In this document: positions 30,545 to 39,685 of the stretch, one piece after another
How the letters are laid out: each line of letters opens with the position of its first letter
How positions within the stretch are numbered: the stretch's first letter is position 1
Assembly (NCBI GenBank): GCA_012270795.1
Contig: JAAXHO010000237.1
Span: 1,118 to 65,117 of the forward strand
Length of the DNA stretch: 64,000 bases
Source of the DNA: Candidatus Poribacteria bacterium
GTDB lineage: Bacteria; Poribacteria; WGA-4E; WGA-3G
Reading direction: 5' to 3'
Notes under the pieces: generated by a model
Database searches by the model: none
The model's input: only the letters and a program-made list of their open reading frames with translations
What the model was told of the DNA's origin: nothing
Program-made: the position numbers and the translations under genes

Positions 30545-31747
30545 TTAATACAACAAGTAAGGTTGTTGTCTTTCCTGGAATTGAGCAAGGTTAGATGACC
30601 ATGACTCAATAATTTTCTCATAGGAGATTTTTGTTAACAGTGCTTCACGAAGTTCTGAACTTCCTGCTAATCTATCAAAATGTGACTCTCGGAATTCAAA
30701 GTCATTTGCATGTTCATCAAGTAATAACTGTAACATCCATACTGCAATTTCAATAGGTTTCACCTGTTTTCGTTCAGTGATGTGTATGGCAACGCCGTGG
30801 CACGTCTCACCACTATACTTTGAAAACTGCGGTGTAAATACAATTGGACGAAAAAGGACACCTGGAAATTTGCATGCATTTAAGCCAGTTATCCATGTTT
30901 CTTTATCTATCCACGGTGCCCCGATGTATTCAAAAGGTTTTGTTGTTCCGCGTCCTTCACTGACATTAGTGCCTTCAAATAAGCATGTGCCGGGATAGAG
31001 TGTGGCAGTATCAAGAGTCGGCATATTCGGTGAAGGCGTTACCCAAGGTAACCCTGTTTCATCATACCACATTTCTCTACACCAGTTTTCCATCTGAGCG
31101 ATTTTCAGTGGAAAACGGAATTTTTGTTCAGTATGGAACATCAGTGCGACTTCACCGATTGTCAGTCCATAACGGACAGGGATAGGGTATGGTCCTACCA
31201 AAGAGGTATAGGTGGCTTCTAACATCGGTCCTTCTATGTGGCTGCCGCCGATAGGGTTTGGCCGATCCGCTACAATACACTCCACATATTTACCTATATT
31301 TATAGTACTTTCAAGGGTTTTCATCACTTCCAGCAGTGTACCAAGATATGTATAATAGCGTGCACCAACATCCTGTATATCGTAGATGACAACATCTATG
31401 TTCTGGAGTGCTTCATTCCATTGAACAGTGTCAGTTCCATATAGGCTGTAGACCTGCAGTGTTTGTGTTTCTGTGTCAGTTTTCTTTTGATTTTGGAGAT
31501 ACTTTGTATTTGCGATTTGGATACCGTCTTGTGCTGCTCCCCACAATCCGTGTTCTGGTGAAAATAACGCGACTAAATTGAATGTCCTCAACAGTTCAAT
31601 TGTATGGGTTAAGTTCTCGTCAACACCCGTGTGGTTTGTTATCAATCCGATAGATTTGTTGTTTAACCAACCCTGTTTTTCTGTTAGGAGGTGGGTTATG
31701 CCGAGTTTTATCATCCGAAGACTATCCTGTGGAATTGGTTGCGGCAT
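30545..31747 (-). CDS. DUF1343-family protein (exo-beta-N-acetylmuramidase NamZ-like)
   Basis: The 400-aa ORF carries LGITHLLTEKQGWLNNKSIGLITNHTGVDENL and FSPEHGLWGAAQDG, the DUF1343 signature. It sits between anmK and a beta-lactamase-like gene. Confidence 0.7.
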   Translation of the reverse strand: MPQPIPQDSLRMIKLGITHLLTEKQGWLNNKSIGLITNHTGVDENLTHTIELLRTFNLVALFSPEHGLWGAAQDGIQIANTKYLQNQKKTDTETQTLQVYSLYGTDTVQWNEALQNIDVVIYDIQDVGARYYTYLGTLLEVMKTLESTINIGKYVECIVADRPNPIGGSHIEGPMLEATYTSLVGPYPIPVRYGLTIGEVALMFHTEQKFRFPLKIAQMENWCREMWYDETGLPWVTPSPNMPTLDTATLYPGTCLFEGTNVSEGRGTTKPFEYIGAPWIDKETWITGLNACKFPGVLFRPIVFTPQFSKYSGETCHGVAIHITERKQVKPIEIAVWMLQLLLDEHANDFEFRESHFDRLAGSSELREALLTKISYEKIIESWSSNLAQFQERQQPYLLY

Positions 31748-32769
31748 TCTATGATGCCGGTGCGTTGTGCATCTGGGTGTACCCGATTTGTGAGCAGGAT
31801 TGCAGCGAGCCCTTTATTAAGATCAATTCGGATTGAAGTGCCAGTAAAGCCGGTATGATACATGGACCCATCTTCTAAAATGTGCCATCCGATACTCCGT
31901 TGTTCGGTTTCTGTGGGTGGTGTCTGTGGTGTTGCGAATGCCTTGATGTTGTCTGCGGACAAAAACGAGTTTCCATTTTGGAGTAACATCTGACAATAGG
32001 TGATAAGGTCTCTTATATTTGAAAATAGTCCTGCATTGCCTGAAACCCCTCCCAGAAAATTGGCATTTTCATCGTGGACCTCTCCGATAATAACACCTTT
32101 ACGCCAATTGTGTCCGCGGTAATAGCGTCCGTGTTGCCCCGATTTTACCATTCTGCGTTCGAAGCTGTTTGAATCTTCTGTTGCCGCACAGTTATCGTGC
32201 AGCTGCTGCTGCGGATTGTATAGTGTGCGTTTCATGCCGAGGGGTTTGAAGATGCCGTTGTGTGCCAGACTGTCTAAAGATTCGCCCGTGATAGTGGCGA
32301 TGAGTTTTCCCATCAGGATATATCCTAAACAACTATAGGTCACCTTTTCTCCATGAACGGATTCAAGCGGTATGTTGCCCAGATGTTCTATCACGGTATC
32401 TGGTGATGAGGTTTCTATGTAGAGCGGTTTCCATGCAGGTAGTCCAGAGGTATGGGTTAGGAGATGGTGGCATGTGATGTGTGGTCGTTTGAATGCGGGT
32501 AGATATGTCTGTGCGGGTGTGTCTAACGACAAGTCACCGGATGTTACCAACTGCATGGCAAGTGTTCCGATGACAATAGGTTTCGTCAAGGAGGCGAGGT
32601 CAAACAGTGTATCGGGGAGCATCGGTGCACATTTCGGTTTTATGATACGTTGTCCGAATGCCGCGTGGTAAATGACTTTGTCTTTTTTGAGGATTGCGAC
32701 AACGGCACCAGGAAATATCTTTTCGGTAATTTTATTTTCTATGAGTGTTGAGATTGCTGTTGTATTCAT
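31711..32769 (-). CDS. Serine hydrolase of the beta-lactamase/PBP (class C-like) family
   Basis: The ORF has an SxxK motif (FDLASLTKP) and the YxN-like and HTGFTG regions of beta-lactamase-related proteins. It overlaps the NamZ-like gene by 37 nt. Confidence 0.7.
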   Translation of the reverse strand: MNTTAISTLIENKITEKIFPGAVVAILKKDKVIYHAAFGQRIIKPKCAPMLPDTLFDLASLTKPIVIGTLAMQLVTSGDLSLDTPAQTYLPAFKRPHITCHHLLTHTSGLPAWKPLYIETSSPDTVIEHLGNIPLESVHGEKVTYSCLGYILMGKLIATITGESLDSLAHNGIFKPLGMKRTLYNPQQQLHDNCAATEDSNSFERRMVKSGQHGRYYRGHNWRKGVIIGEVHDENANFLGGVSGNAGLFSNIRDLITYCQMLLQNGNSFLSADNIKAFATPQTPPTETEQRSIGWHILEDGSMYHTGFTGTSIRIDLNKGLAAILLTNRVHPDAQRTGIIECRNQFHRIVFG

Positions 32770-32795
32770 ATCAATGTGGAAAATATATTTATACC

Positions 32796-33176
32796 AATTC
32801 TAATTAATATTGTCCCATTAAGGAATTTCACTTTTATCCCTGGTTGGAGGTCTCTTTTCGGTAGGAGCGACCTCCAAATCAACGATATGAATGCCCTATG
32901 GCATTCCCCGGGTCGCGACCGGGAGGTCGCTCCTACCATAACATTTTGACAAATGGTATCTTATTTTATAGAAATGGTATTATTTATGTTATTTTACCAA
33001 TTCTAAATAATATTGTCCCATTAAGGAATTCCACTGTTATTGCTGGTTGAAGGTCTCTTTTCTGTAGGAGCGACCTCCAAATCAAGAAATCAACGGTATG
33101 AATGCTATATAGCATTCCCCGGGTATGAATGCCCTATGGCATTCCCCGGGTCGCGACCGGGAGGTCGCTCCTACCA
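32796..33176. repeat. Two tandem copies (~140 and ~180 bp) of a mosaic palindromic intergenic element
   Basis: Each copy begins CCAATTCTAA(T/A)TAATATTGTCCCATTAAGGAATT and contains the inverted repeat GGTAGGAGCGACCTCC...GGGAGGTCGCTCCTACC. The loop encloses the sub-palindromes GAATGCCCTATGGCATTC and CCCGGGTCGCGACCGGG. Related modules occur at 36861-36900 and 39686-39751. Confidence 0.75.
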
Positions 33177-33217
33177 GATCTCTACAACTAATGAGACATT
33201 ATCAATTAGGAATAGTA

Positions 33218-34042
33218 TTATTCTTCTCTCTGTTTGAGTATTTCAGCTATGCGTTGTGCGAAACGGTAAGCACTGTTGTCCTGCGGTTCATATTCTATCA
33301 CTTTTCGTGCGTTGGTGATACTCCAAAACTTATGGGAGTTGTCGCTGATACCGTAGAATATTTGGAATGGGATGCCATTTTCGTCCTCTATATTCTCTGT
33401 TTCAATGCTTTTGACAAACAGTTGTACCTGATCGCGAACACTCAAATATGCGCCAAGTGCGCGGTGCATTTTGTGATAATTATCTGCTGTGATGTCATTC
33501 ATATCTGTTTCTCGTGGAGCACCGATTCGTATTTGGATGTTCTGCAGTTTCTTATTTTTTCTATGTCCTGTAGCAAAGACAAATCCGAGATGTTCATACG
33601 CTTCTTTTGCCCATCCGTAGAAGTTATCTGATAACGGACGCATCTCAGGCGTTACGAAATCCCATTTGCCTGCCCAGATGAGACGTTCATAGAAGTCTGC
33701 TGCGTGATTGGAGCTGCAGACAACGACGCGTCGGACATCGGTTTCCCAGCAGGTGTGGTAGATATTGTATGCCATCTGAATGTTATTGAGTTCGTTCTCA
33801 AAACCGCCGCCTTGGAATGCACAGTGGACAACTGCATCAACACCTTCAAAATAGTGTTTGTATAGGTCTCTGTCGGGGTTGCTAACGTCGACGATCTGTA
33901 TATTTTCCACTTGTTTTTCTTGTCTATTTGTGGTTCTCATATCAAGTAGAACAAGATCGTAGCGTTCGCGGAATTCGGGCAGCATCCGTCCGGCAATATA
34001 ACCTGCGGCACCAGTGATAAGGACTTTTCTGCGGTTTTTCAT
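33218..34042 (-). CDS. NAD-dependent epimerase/dehydratase family protein (extended SDR)
   Basis: The N-terminal Rossmann motif is VLITGAAGYIAGRM. The 274-aa size fits this family. Confidence 0.7.
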   Translation of the reverse strand: MKNRRKVLITGAAGYIAGRMLPEFRERYDLVLLDMRTTNRQEKQVENIQIVDVSNPDRDLYKHYFEGVDAVVHCAFQGGGFENELNNIQMAYNIYHTCWETDVRRVVVCSSNHAADFYERLIWAGKWDFVTPEMRPLSDNFYGWAKEAYEHLGFVFATGHRKNKKLQNIQIRIGAPRETDMNDITADNYHKMHRALGAYLSVRDQVQLFVKSIETENIEDENGIPFQIFYGISDNSHKFWSITNARKVIEYEPQDNSAYRFAQRIAEILKQREE

Positions 34043-34207
34043 TTATTTTTTGGTGTTTCCTTCTATCGTTTTTATGAAGTTTCAGGAAGTTGGTTATGTG
34101 CTGTAATTTTTTGCTTTACTTCTTCCATTAATCTGTTCAACAAAGTGTGTGCTTCAGGCATCCTGAGTGCTAAGTTGTAAAGTGCGTAATCGTTAAGGCT
34201 TGCCTTT

Positions 34208-34852
34208 TCAAAACCTTGGGCAGGTTTGCTCAGAAAACGAACCAGTAACTGAAAAAAGTTGTTTTCCCCTAAGTAGAAGTTTGTAGGTGGATCTGATTTG
34301 TTGAACACGATCGGGGTTAGGAGTTCTAAAACTTTGACGCGTACAAAAATCCACATCCAATTCAGTTTTGCCAGGTGGCACCATTTCATCGCAATGCAGA
34401 TCAAGTGTTGGTGAATTTCCTGCTAAATATTCCTCAACAGCAAATGCAAACCATGTGCTGATTGAATCCAGAATTTGTTGATGTTCCGCTCTATCGTTTT
34501 CATCTAACAAACGTTCCAAGTCAGCATCTGAATACAAGTCGTTTTCAATACTGTATCCGGTAGTCCAAATGACATCATCATAACCATGTTCAATACCAGA
34601 AAACAACCACATATCCTGATCCGCGATAAAAGCGATAGGTATGTGGCCAAATTCACTCCTTCGCTCATAGACTTGTAGTAAATTATATCTTCCTCCAGAG
34701 GGACGCAAAATTACTTCAAGGATTCCAATTCTCTTAGTTAATTTCCGATAGATGATCACATCGTCATTTCCTTCAACCACAATATTCGGTTTGTGAGAAC
34801 TTCGCAGAACACCGACTAAGCGGTCTACCGTCATTGGATTCGGTGTCGGCAT
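34208..34852 (-). CDS. DUF4435 (TOPRIM/OLD-like nuclease) protein, AriB-like effector of a PARIS-type defence pair. It is possibly truncated or frameshifted.
   Basis: The N-terminal motif IVVEGNDDVIIYRKL matches the EGxDD TOPRIM-like box of DUF4435. The start overlaps the stop of the upstream ATPase fragment. A second 110-aa ORF (34072..34404) overlaps the 3' end in another frame. The gene may therefore continue to ~34072 through a frameshift near the A6 run at ~34250, giving ~260 aa. Confidence 0.55.
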   Translation of the reverse strand: MPTPNPMTVDRLVGVLRSSHKPNIVVEGNDDVIIYRKLTKRIGILEVILRPSGGRYNLLQVYERRSEFGHIPIAFIADQDMWLFSGIEHGYDDVIWTTGYSIENDLYSDADLERLLDENDRAEHQQILDSISTWFAFAVEEYLAGNSPTLDLHCDEMVPPGKTELDVDFCTRQSFRTPNPDRVQQIRSTYKLLLRGKQLFSVTGSFSEQTCPRF

Positions 34853-35565
34853 TAAATATCTCCTTGATGTCCCCGAGGGTCACATAACATAAATTCTTTA
34901 TCCGGGTACAAGGTATAGATGAACGGTGAATGTGTGGCAATGAAAAACTGGTTGTTTGTTGCTTGTTCAAGTAATGTAGTTAAGAGGAGACTTTGCCAAT
35001 CTACATGGAGACTTAACTCCGGTTCGTCAATGAAGATAGCCGTATCTTTGTAAAAAGCATTGTAGCATAAAAAACTGAGCATATGTTTTTCACCGGAGGA
35101 AAGTTTGTCGGAGGAAATCGCATCATTTATTTCTTCAATTGCGATATCATCATTCCCTTCTTCAAAGACAATGCCATCAATCTTTTCTCCAAGGACTAAC
35201 TTTTCGGTTATTAGAATTGCGTTGTACTTTAGGATTTTTTGAGTCAACTCAGCCAACACAGAAATCGGTTTTTTCAATTGTTCTGTTTCTTTATCAACTT
35301 TCTGAATAGCTTCCAGAAGTGTGGAAGCATTATTAGAAGTTTCATAAATTATATCCTGATTATTTTTCATTTCTCTTGAGATGTTTGTTAATACCTGGGA
35401 TTGAAGCGTGTTGATCTCTTGATATATATCAACGTATTTCTGTGGTAGCAGTTTTATTATATCCATAGTTGAAACTGAGGCTATGAACTTGTGTCTTTCG
35501 GAAGACATATCATCTGATAGTTGTGATAGTGCTGTCAGAAGCCTCTCCGTCGTTGAACTTAACAA
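34852..35565 (-). CDS. C-terminal half of an ABC-type ATPase (AAA_15/AAA_21, AriA-like); fragment 2 of a split gene
   Basis: It has the ABC signature LSSGEK, the Walker B IFIDEPELSLH and the H-loop FFIATHSPF. Confidence 0.65.
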   Translation of the reverse strand: MLSSTTERLLTALSQLSDDMSSERHKFIASVSTMDIIKLLPQKYVDIYQEINTLQSQVLTNISREMKNNQDIIYETSNNASTLLEAIQKVDKETEQLKKPISVLAELTQKILKYNAILITEKLVLGEKIDGIVFEEGNDDIAIEEINDAISSDKLSSGEKHMLSFLCYNAFYKDTAIFIDEPELSLHVDWQSLLLTTLLEQATNNQFFIATHSPFIYTLYPDKEFMLCDPRGHQGDI

Positions 35566-35627
35566 TTTTAGCCCAGCTGCGCCTTCAGTATCTGCCGAAC
35601 TTCTGGAACCAATTGAAAAACCGCCTT

Positions 35628-36047
35628 CTATTCTCCTAAACGTTGGAAAAAAAGACTTCCATTAGATGATTCGGCGATTCGTTTCTCAAGTTTATTTATA
35701 TTATCAACATTCTTTTGGTCAATTGTATTGGTTTCAGGATCTATCTTTATACCTCGTCCTCCACTTTCACTGGAGCGATTACTTGAAAAGTTATAACCCA
35801 ATCTAAGTTCTTCAAACTGATTCTGATCCATTGTTAGAGAAAACTGATCAGTTTCAATTGAAAGATAAGAAAAAGGTATTTCATAAAGAATCTGTTTGAG
35901 ATGTCCACTAATTAAATACCATATTAACTTCAACAACGTCGTTTTCCCTGAACCGTTAGGTCCAGTAAATATGTTTAGGTCTTGATTGAAGTCAAATTCA
36001 GCATCAAGACGGTTATTGAGTCCCTTAACTTCAAGTTTTTGTATCAT
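35628..36047 (-). CDS. N-terminal half of an ABC-type ATPase (AriA-like) with Walker A; fragment 1 of a split gene
   Basis: The ORF begins MIQKLEVKGLNNRLDAEFDFNQDLNIFTGPNGSGKTTLL. The reading frame is lost 60 bp upstream of fragment 2, across an A7 run (ggaaaaaaagac, ~35625-35635). Confidence 0.65.
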   Translation of the reverse strand: MIQKLEVKGLNNRLDAEFDFNQDLNIFTGPNGSGKTTLLKLIWYLISGHLKQILYEIPFSYLSIETDQFSLTMDQNQFEELRLGYNFSSNRSSESGGRGIKIDPETNTIDQKNVDNINKLEKRIAESSNGSLFFQRLGE

Positions 36048-36504
36048 GTATCTTTACCTACCTATCGATCTACAAATTTCAATTCGATTTCCTTCTATAA
36101 ACCTAAGACATATCGAAACTATTATAACACAATTCAGAATAAATTCTCAACATGGAGTCGGGTTTGTCATAAAGGCATACATTTGTTGAAATGTCCACTT
36201 TTCATAAGAATTTTCAGCCCTGAATTTCCCTCTTTCTTTAGGTAAGGGATGCCTTTGGTTGTGATCCTTGTCTCAATCGTGGAATTTTTAGTTGTTTTTT
36301 CGAGATTTTTTCAATTTTTTCAGAAGTCTTCTCGATCGTGTTGTGGTATGGGTTTATGTCGGTTTTCTAAATTTGCGGAATTTTGAAAAAACAACTAAAT
36401 GGTTTTTTTATCGTTTTTTTATTGTGTATTTTTGTTCCTGTTTTGGACTTGTTATACGAATTCGAATTATTTTCATAATTCAACAAAAATTTTGTTAACT
36501 TTGA

Positions 36505-36558
36505 TTTTCAAAACATACCACGTGGTATGAAATAACATACCGTGGTATGTTTTGAAAA
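36505..36558. promoter_or_regulatory. Tandem palindromic operator-like boxes with a CACGTG core
   Basis: The sequence is TTTTCAAAA-CATACCACGTGGTATG-AAATAA-CATACCGTGGTATG-TTTTGAAAA. The first box is a perfect 16-bp palindrome, the second lacks one base, and the flanks are themselves inverted. It lies in the 890-bp intergenic region upstream of the AriA-like gene. Confidence 0.5.
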
Positions 36559-36938
36559 TCTGCTATTAACCCAGTCGTAACAAGGTCTGAAAGAGGTTTT
36601 TTTGAAAAAATAAATTTTTTTCTGAGGTATTTGTTTTTCTGTTTATTTTCCTGATTTTGTTGCATTCTATTTTGCCCTTTTTAGTGAAGAATGACTGCAA
36701 AATATTGTGATTTTTTTGCGTGTTTTTTGAGGTTAATTTATGTTTGTTAATATTATATATGATGTAGTAGTGATATGGAAGGTTTTTTGAGGTCTGTTTA
36801 TTGGGATATCCAATAGATATCCAATAGATTTGAGGGGATTGGCTATCTGATGGCTGATTTCTGTAGGAGCGGGATCCCCGGTCACGATCGGGAAATCCGC
36901 GATTTTGTCTGGGAATAGCTTTACCCCCCTCAATATAT

Positions 36939-38618
36939 CTATGGAATCTTCAGCTTCTCTTTGCAGTGGCGTGCAAGTGATTTCATTTCGTTGACGACAT
37001 GCGTTTCGGTTTGCATCAGTTGGCTATAGAAGGGTGGGATAGGTTTTCGTCGGAAAAGTTTGTCAAAGAAACTGCGTTGTGTTTCCGATGGCACCTCATA
37101 GTGTGAAATTTCTGCACGCGAAGGGTCAATTCCTAAGTATTCTATGGAGAAATAGTGTGTTGCTTCGTCTTTTTTAATTTCGCCTTTTTGTATATTGCCG
37201 GTTATCTTCCGACCATAATTCACTGCATAGACTCTGCCAGTTGTTTGGCTAAGGACTGTATAACCTCCCTCGTCAATGGATTCGTTCCAGCACTTCTCAA
37301 ATCCGTTTGTGGGGAGACGTTCACGCAGTTCCTTCGCTGAGCGCACAACAAATCTGTTCTGATGCAGTGTTTTCGTAACCTTGAATTCCTCATCTGCATC
37401 GGTAATTGGCGGATGTCCTGATAGCAGGTCAACATTGTCAAGTGTCCATACGACACTGTCTCGGATACCTTTTGCTAAGTTCAGATGTTGTTCAACAAAT
37501 TCTCCGTTAAGCGGATGCAGGCGGTAATCTCCTTTGCTATTAAACAGGGCGCGTAATTTTCTGCGATGGTCTATCACTGAGAAGCGTTTTTCAGGAGTAG
37601 GTATCTCTAAATGTAGTGTGTACCCTGTATCTAAATCGGTTGTCAAATTGAGTTGTGATTTTCGGAGTTGTGCCAAACGTGTTAAAGCTGTTTGGCTCTT
37701 AGATAAGACGCGTCCGATGAGGAATTTACTTCGGAGTATCGGAATTTCAGTAGAGAGGCGTTTCAATGTGGTCGCATCAAGTTTTTCCAACATCACTTTG
37801 TGCTCCCATCGGGTGCCGCGTTCATGTGCCAAGATTTGAAACTGCTGTTTATTATCGCTGGTGCGGATGTATCCGAGTGCGGTCCAGGGATCAAAGGTTG
37901 CTCTGTAGTATCCGCTGGTTTCCGCATCACCTCCTGCTAAGACACAGTCCCTGCGTTCATACCTTGAATAGAGGCCGAATTGAAATTCGTAACTTTCGTA
38001 GTTTTCTAAAGCTTTCCGCAAATCACGGGCAAACTCGCTTCCACGTGTATATTTTCTGAATATTTGTTCAGTCCGTTGTGGCTGGTTGAGTGCATCAAGG
38101 AATGAGCCGATGGGGATACCTGCCTCCTCCACGCCTTCGTCTTCGCTTTTACCGAAAACTTTTGTTTTCGTTTTGAAAGGTGGGTTACGGAGGGATACAT
38201 CACGTTGTGAAACGAGTTGCAAGGCGGGATCATCGGTCATTCCCACGAGGGTAGGTGCGTCTCCGAGTATTTCTGCCAGTGATGCATCGTCGATTTTTTC
38301 CATCAAAACAGTCCCGCGTTTAAGTTCAGCGAAATGGATAATATCGTTGAGACTATATTGGAGCGGTGCGCTGGATGATAGATTGTCGTAGTTAGAGCGA
38401 TGGAATCGGATGCGCGGTTTGATGCGAAAAACGGGTGTGAGCCCGTAATCCTTTAGCAATGCATATAAGGTTACGGTATAGGAGTCTGCATGTACTTTTT
38501 GTGCCAGAATCCCACATTCGTTAGTTTTGTTGTTAACGATGAGCCGGTTTTGTACGAGGCTGCTATCGTTGCCAAAAATCATCATCCGATGTTCTTCTCT
38601 ATTATCATCAACTAACAT
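36939..38618 (-). CDS. Hypothetical 559-aa cytoplasmic protein of unknown function
   Basis: The ORF is long and clean, with no transmembrane helix, signal peptide or Walker motif, and I recognised no family signature. It starts 48 bp after the ROK kinase stop on the same strand and lies immediately upstream of the PARIS-like pair. Confidence 0.5.
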   Translation of the reverse strand: MLVDDNREEHRMMIFGNDSSLVQNRLIVNNKTNECGILAQKVHADSYTVTLYALLKDYGLTPVFRIKPRIRFHRSNYDNLSSSAPLQYSLNDIIHFAELKRGTVLMEKIDDASLAEILGDAPTLVGMTDDPALQLVSQRDVSLRNPPFKTKTKVFGKSEDEGVEEAGIPIGSFLDALNQPQRTEQIFRKYTRGSEFARDLRKALENYESYEFQFGLYSRYERRDCVLAGGDAETSGYYRATFDPWTALGYIRTSDNKQQFQILAHERGTRWEHKVMLEKLDATTLKRLSTEIPILRSKFLIGRVLSKSQTALTRLAQLRKSQLNLTTDLDTGYTLHLEIPTPEKRFSVIDHRRKLRALFNSKGDYRLHPLNGEFVEQHLNLAKGIRDSVVWTLDNVDLLSGHPPITDADEEFKVTKTLHQNRFVVRSAKELRERLPTNGFEKCWNESIDEGGYTVLSQTTGRVYAVNYGRKITGNIQKGEIKKDEATHYFSIEYLGIDPSRAEISHYEVPSETQRSFFDKLFRRKPIPPFYSQLMQTETHVVNEMKSLARHCKEKLKIP

Positions 38619-38666
38619 TTCGCCATCCTCCCCATATTTTTCAGTCCATTTTATTCAATTTCCTGA

Positions 38667-39641
38667 CTATCCTGCAGCGAGCCTTTGTCTTGCGAGAGCT
38701 GCTGCACCAAGCACACCAGCATTATCTCCCAGTTGTGCTGCCACAATTTGGACATTTTTTAAGGTATCGGGTAGTGCGTATTTTTTGGCAGCTTTTCTAA
38801 TATTCTTAATAAAAGTTTCGTCAAGTGCTTCAACAACACCACCACCTAACACAATCATCTCTGGATTTAAGAAATTCACAATAGAACCGATACCGACACC
38901 AAGATACTTTGTGATATCTTTGAATACTTTAATTGTGAGTTTATCTTTGCTACGAAGTGCTTTAGCTAAAGTACCACTGCGAATTAACTCGAGATCCCCA
39001 TTGGTAAGTTCTGTAAGAATACTCTTTTTTCCTTTTTTCTGTATCGCTTTTTGCAATTGTTTTGTGATTGCGGTACGGCTTGCGAGAGCTTCTAAACAAC
39101 CCCGTCTTCCACATCCACATTTGGGACCGTCCGCTTTAACGATGATATGTCCGATTTCTCCTGCAGTTTTGCTTGCCCCGTGAAAAAGTTGTCCGTTCAG
39201 AACGATACCGCCCCCAATACCTGTGCCGACAAAGATGCCGACTAAATTCTCAACGTTTTGTCCTGCGCCGAATGCGTGTTCACCGAGTGTTCCCACGTTT
39301 ACATCGTTGTCAACGAAGGTTGGCATGTTGATGCGTGCTTCAAGCTCAGATTTGAGCGGTACACTTTTCCAGCCAAGGTTTGGTGCAAAGATAACAACAC
39401 CTGTATCTGGGTCAAGGACTGCAGGTGCGCCAATTCCGATCGCCTCAATTGATTTTTTGTCAACATGGGCATCATCAATAGCCTTTCGGATACAATCAGC
39501 GATTCTATCAATAACGATGGATGTATTGCTTTTCGCGTTCGTAGGAATTTTGGCTGTCCCAAGTATTTTGCCTTCACCATCAACAACTGCAGAGAGTATT
39601 TTGGTGCCGCCCATGTCTACTCCGACAACATTCGTATTCAT
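38667..39641 (-). CDS. ROK-family sugar kinase (glucokinase / N-acetylglucosamine kinase-like)
   Basis: The protein has MNTNVVGVDMGGTKI and the ROK zinc motif GCGRRGCLEALAS. The start is assigned to the ATG at complement 39639-39641, which has an AAGGA ribosome-binding site. The tracked ORF is open further upstream. Confidence 0.85.
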   Translation of the reverse strand: MNTNVVGVDMGGTKILSAVVDGEGKILGTAKIPTNAKSNTSIVIDRIADCIRKAIDDAHVDKKSIEAIGIGAPAVLDPDTGVVIFAPNLGWKSVPLKSELEARINMPTFVDNDVNVGTLGEHAFGAGQNVENLVGIFVGTGIGGGIVLNGQLFHGASKTAGEIGHIIVKADGPKCGCGRRGCLEALASRTAITKQLQKAIQKKGKKSILTELTNGDLELIRSGTLAKALRSKDKLTIKVFKDITKYLGVGIGSIVNFLNPEMIVLGGGVVEALDETFIKNIRKAAKKYALPDTLKNVQIVAAQLGDNAGVLGAAALARQRLAAG

Positions 39642-39685
39642 TTTTTTCCTTTTATAGTAGACTTTAGAATTAATCGTGCATTCGG

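Noticed and set aside
33125-33631. 168-aa plus-strand ORF
   Set aside because: It is antisense to the well-supported SDR epimerase gene and starts inside the palindromic repeat. No motif supports it.
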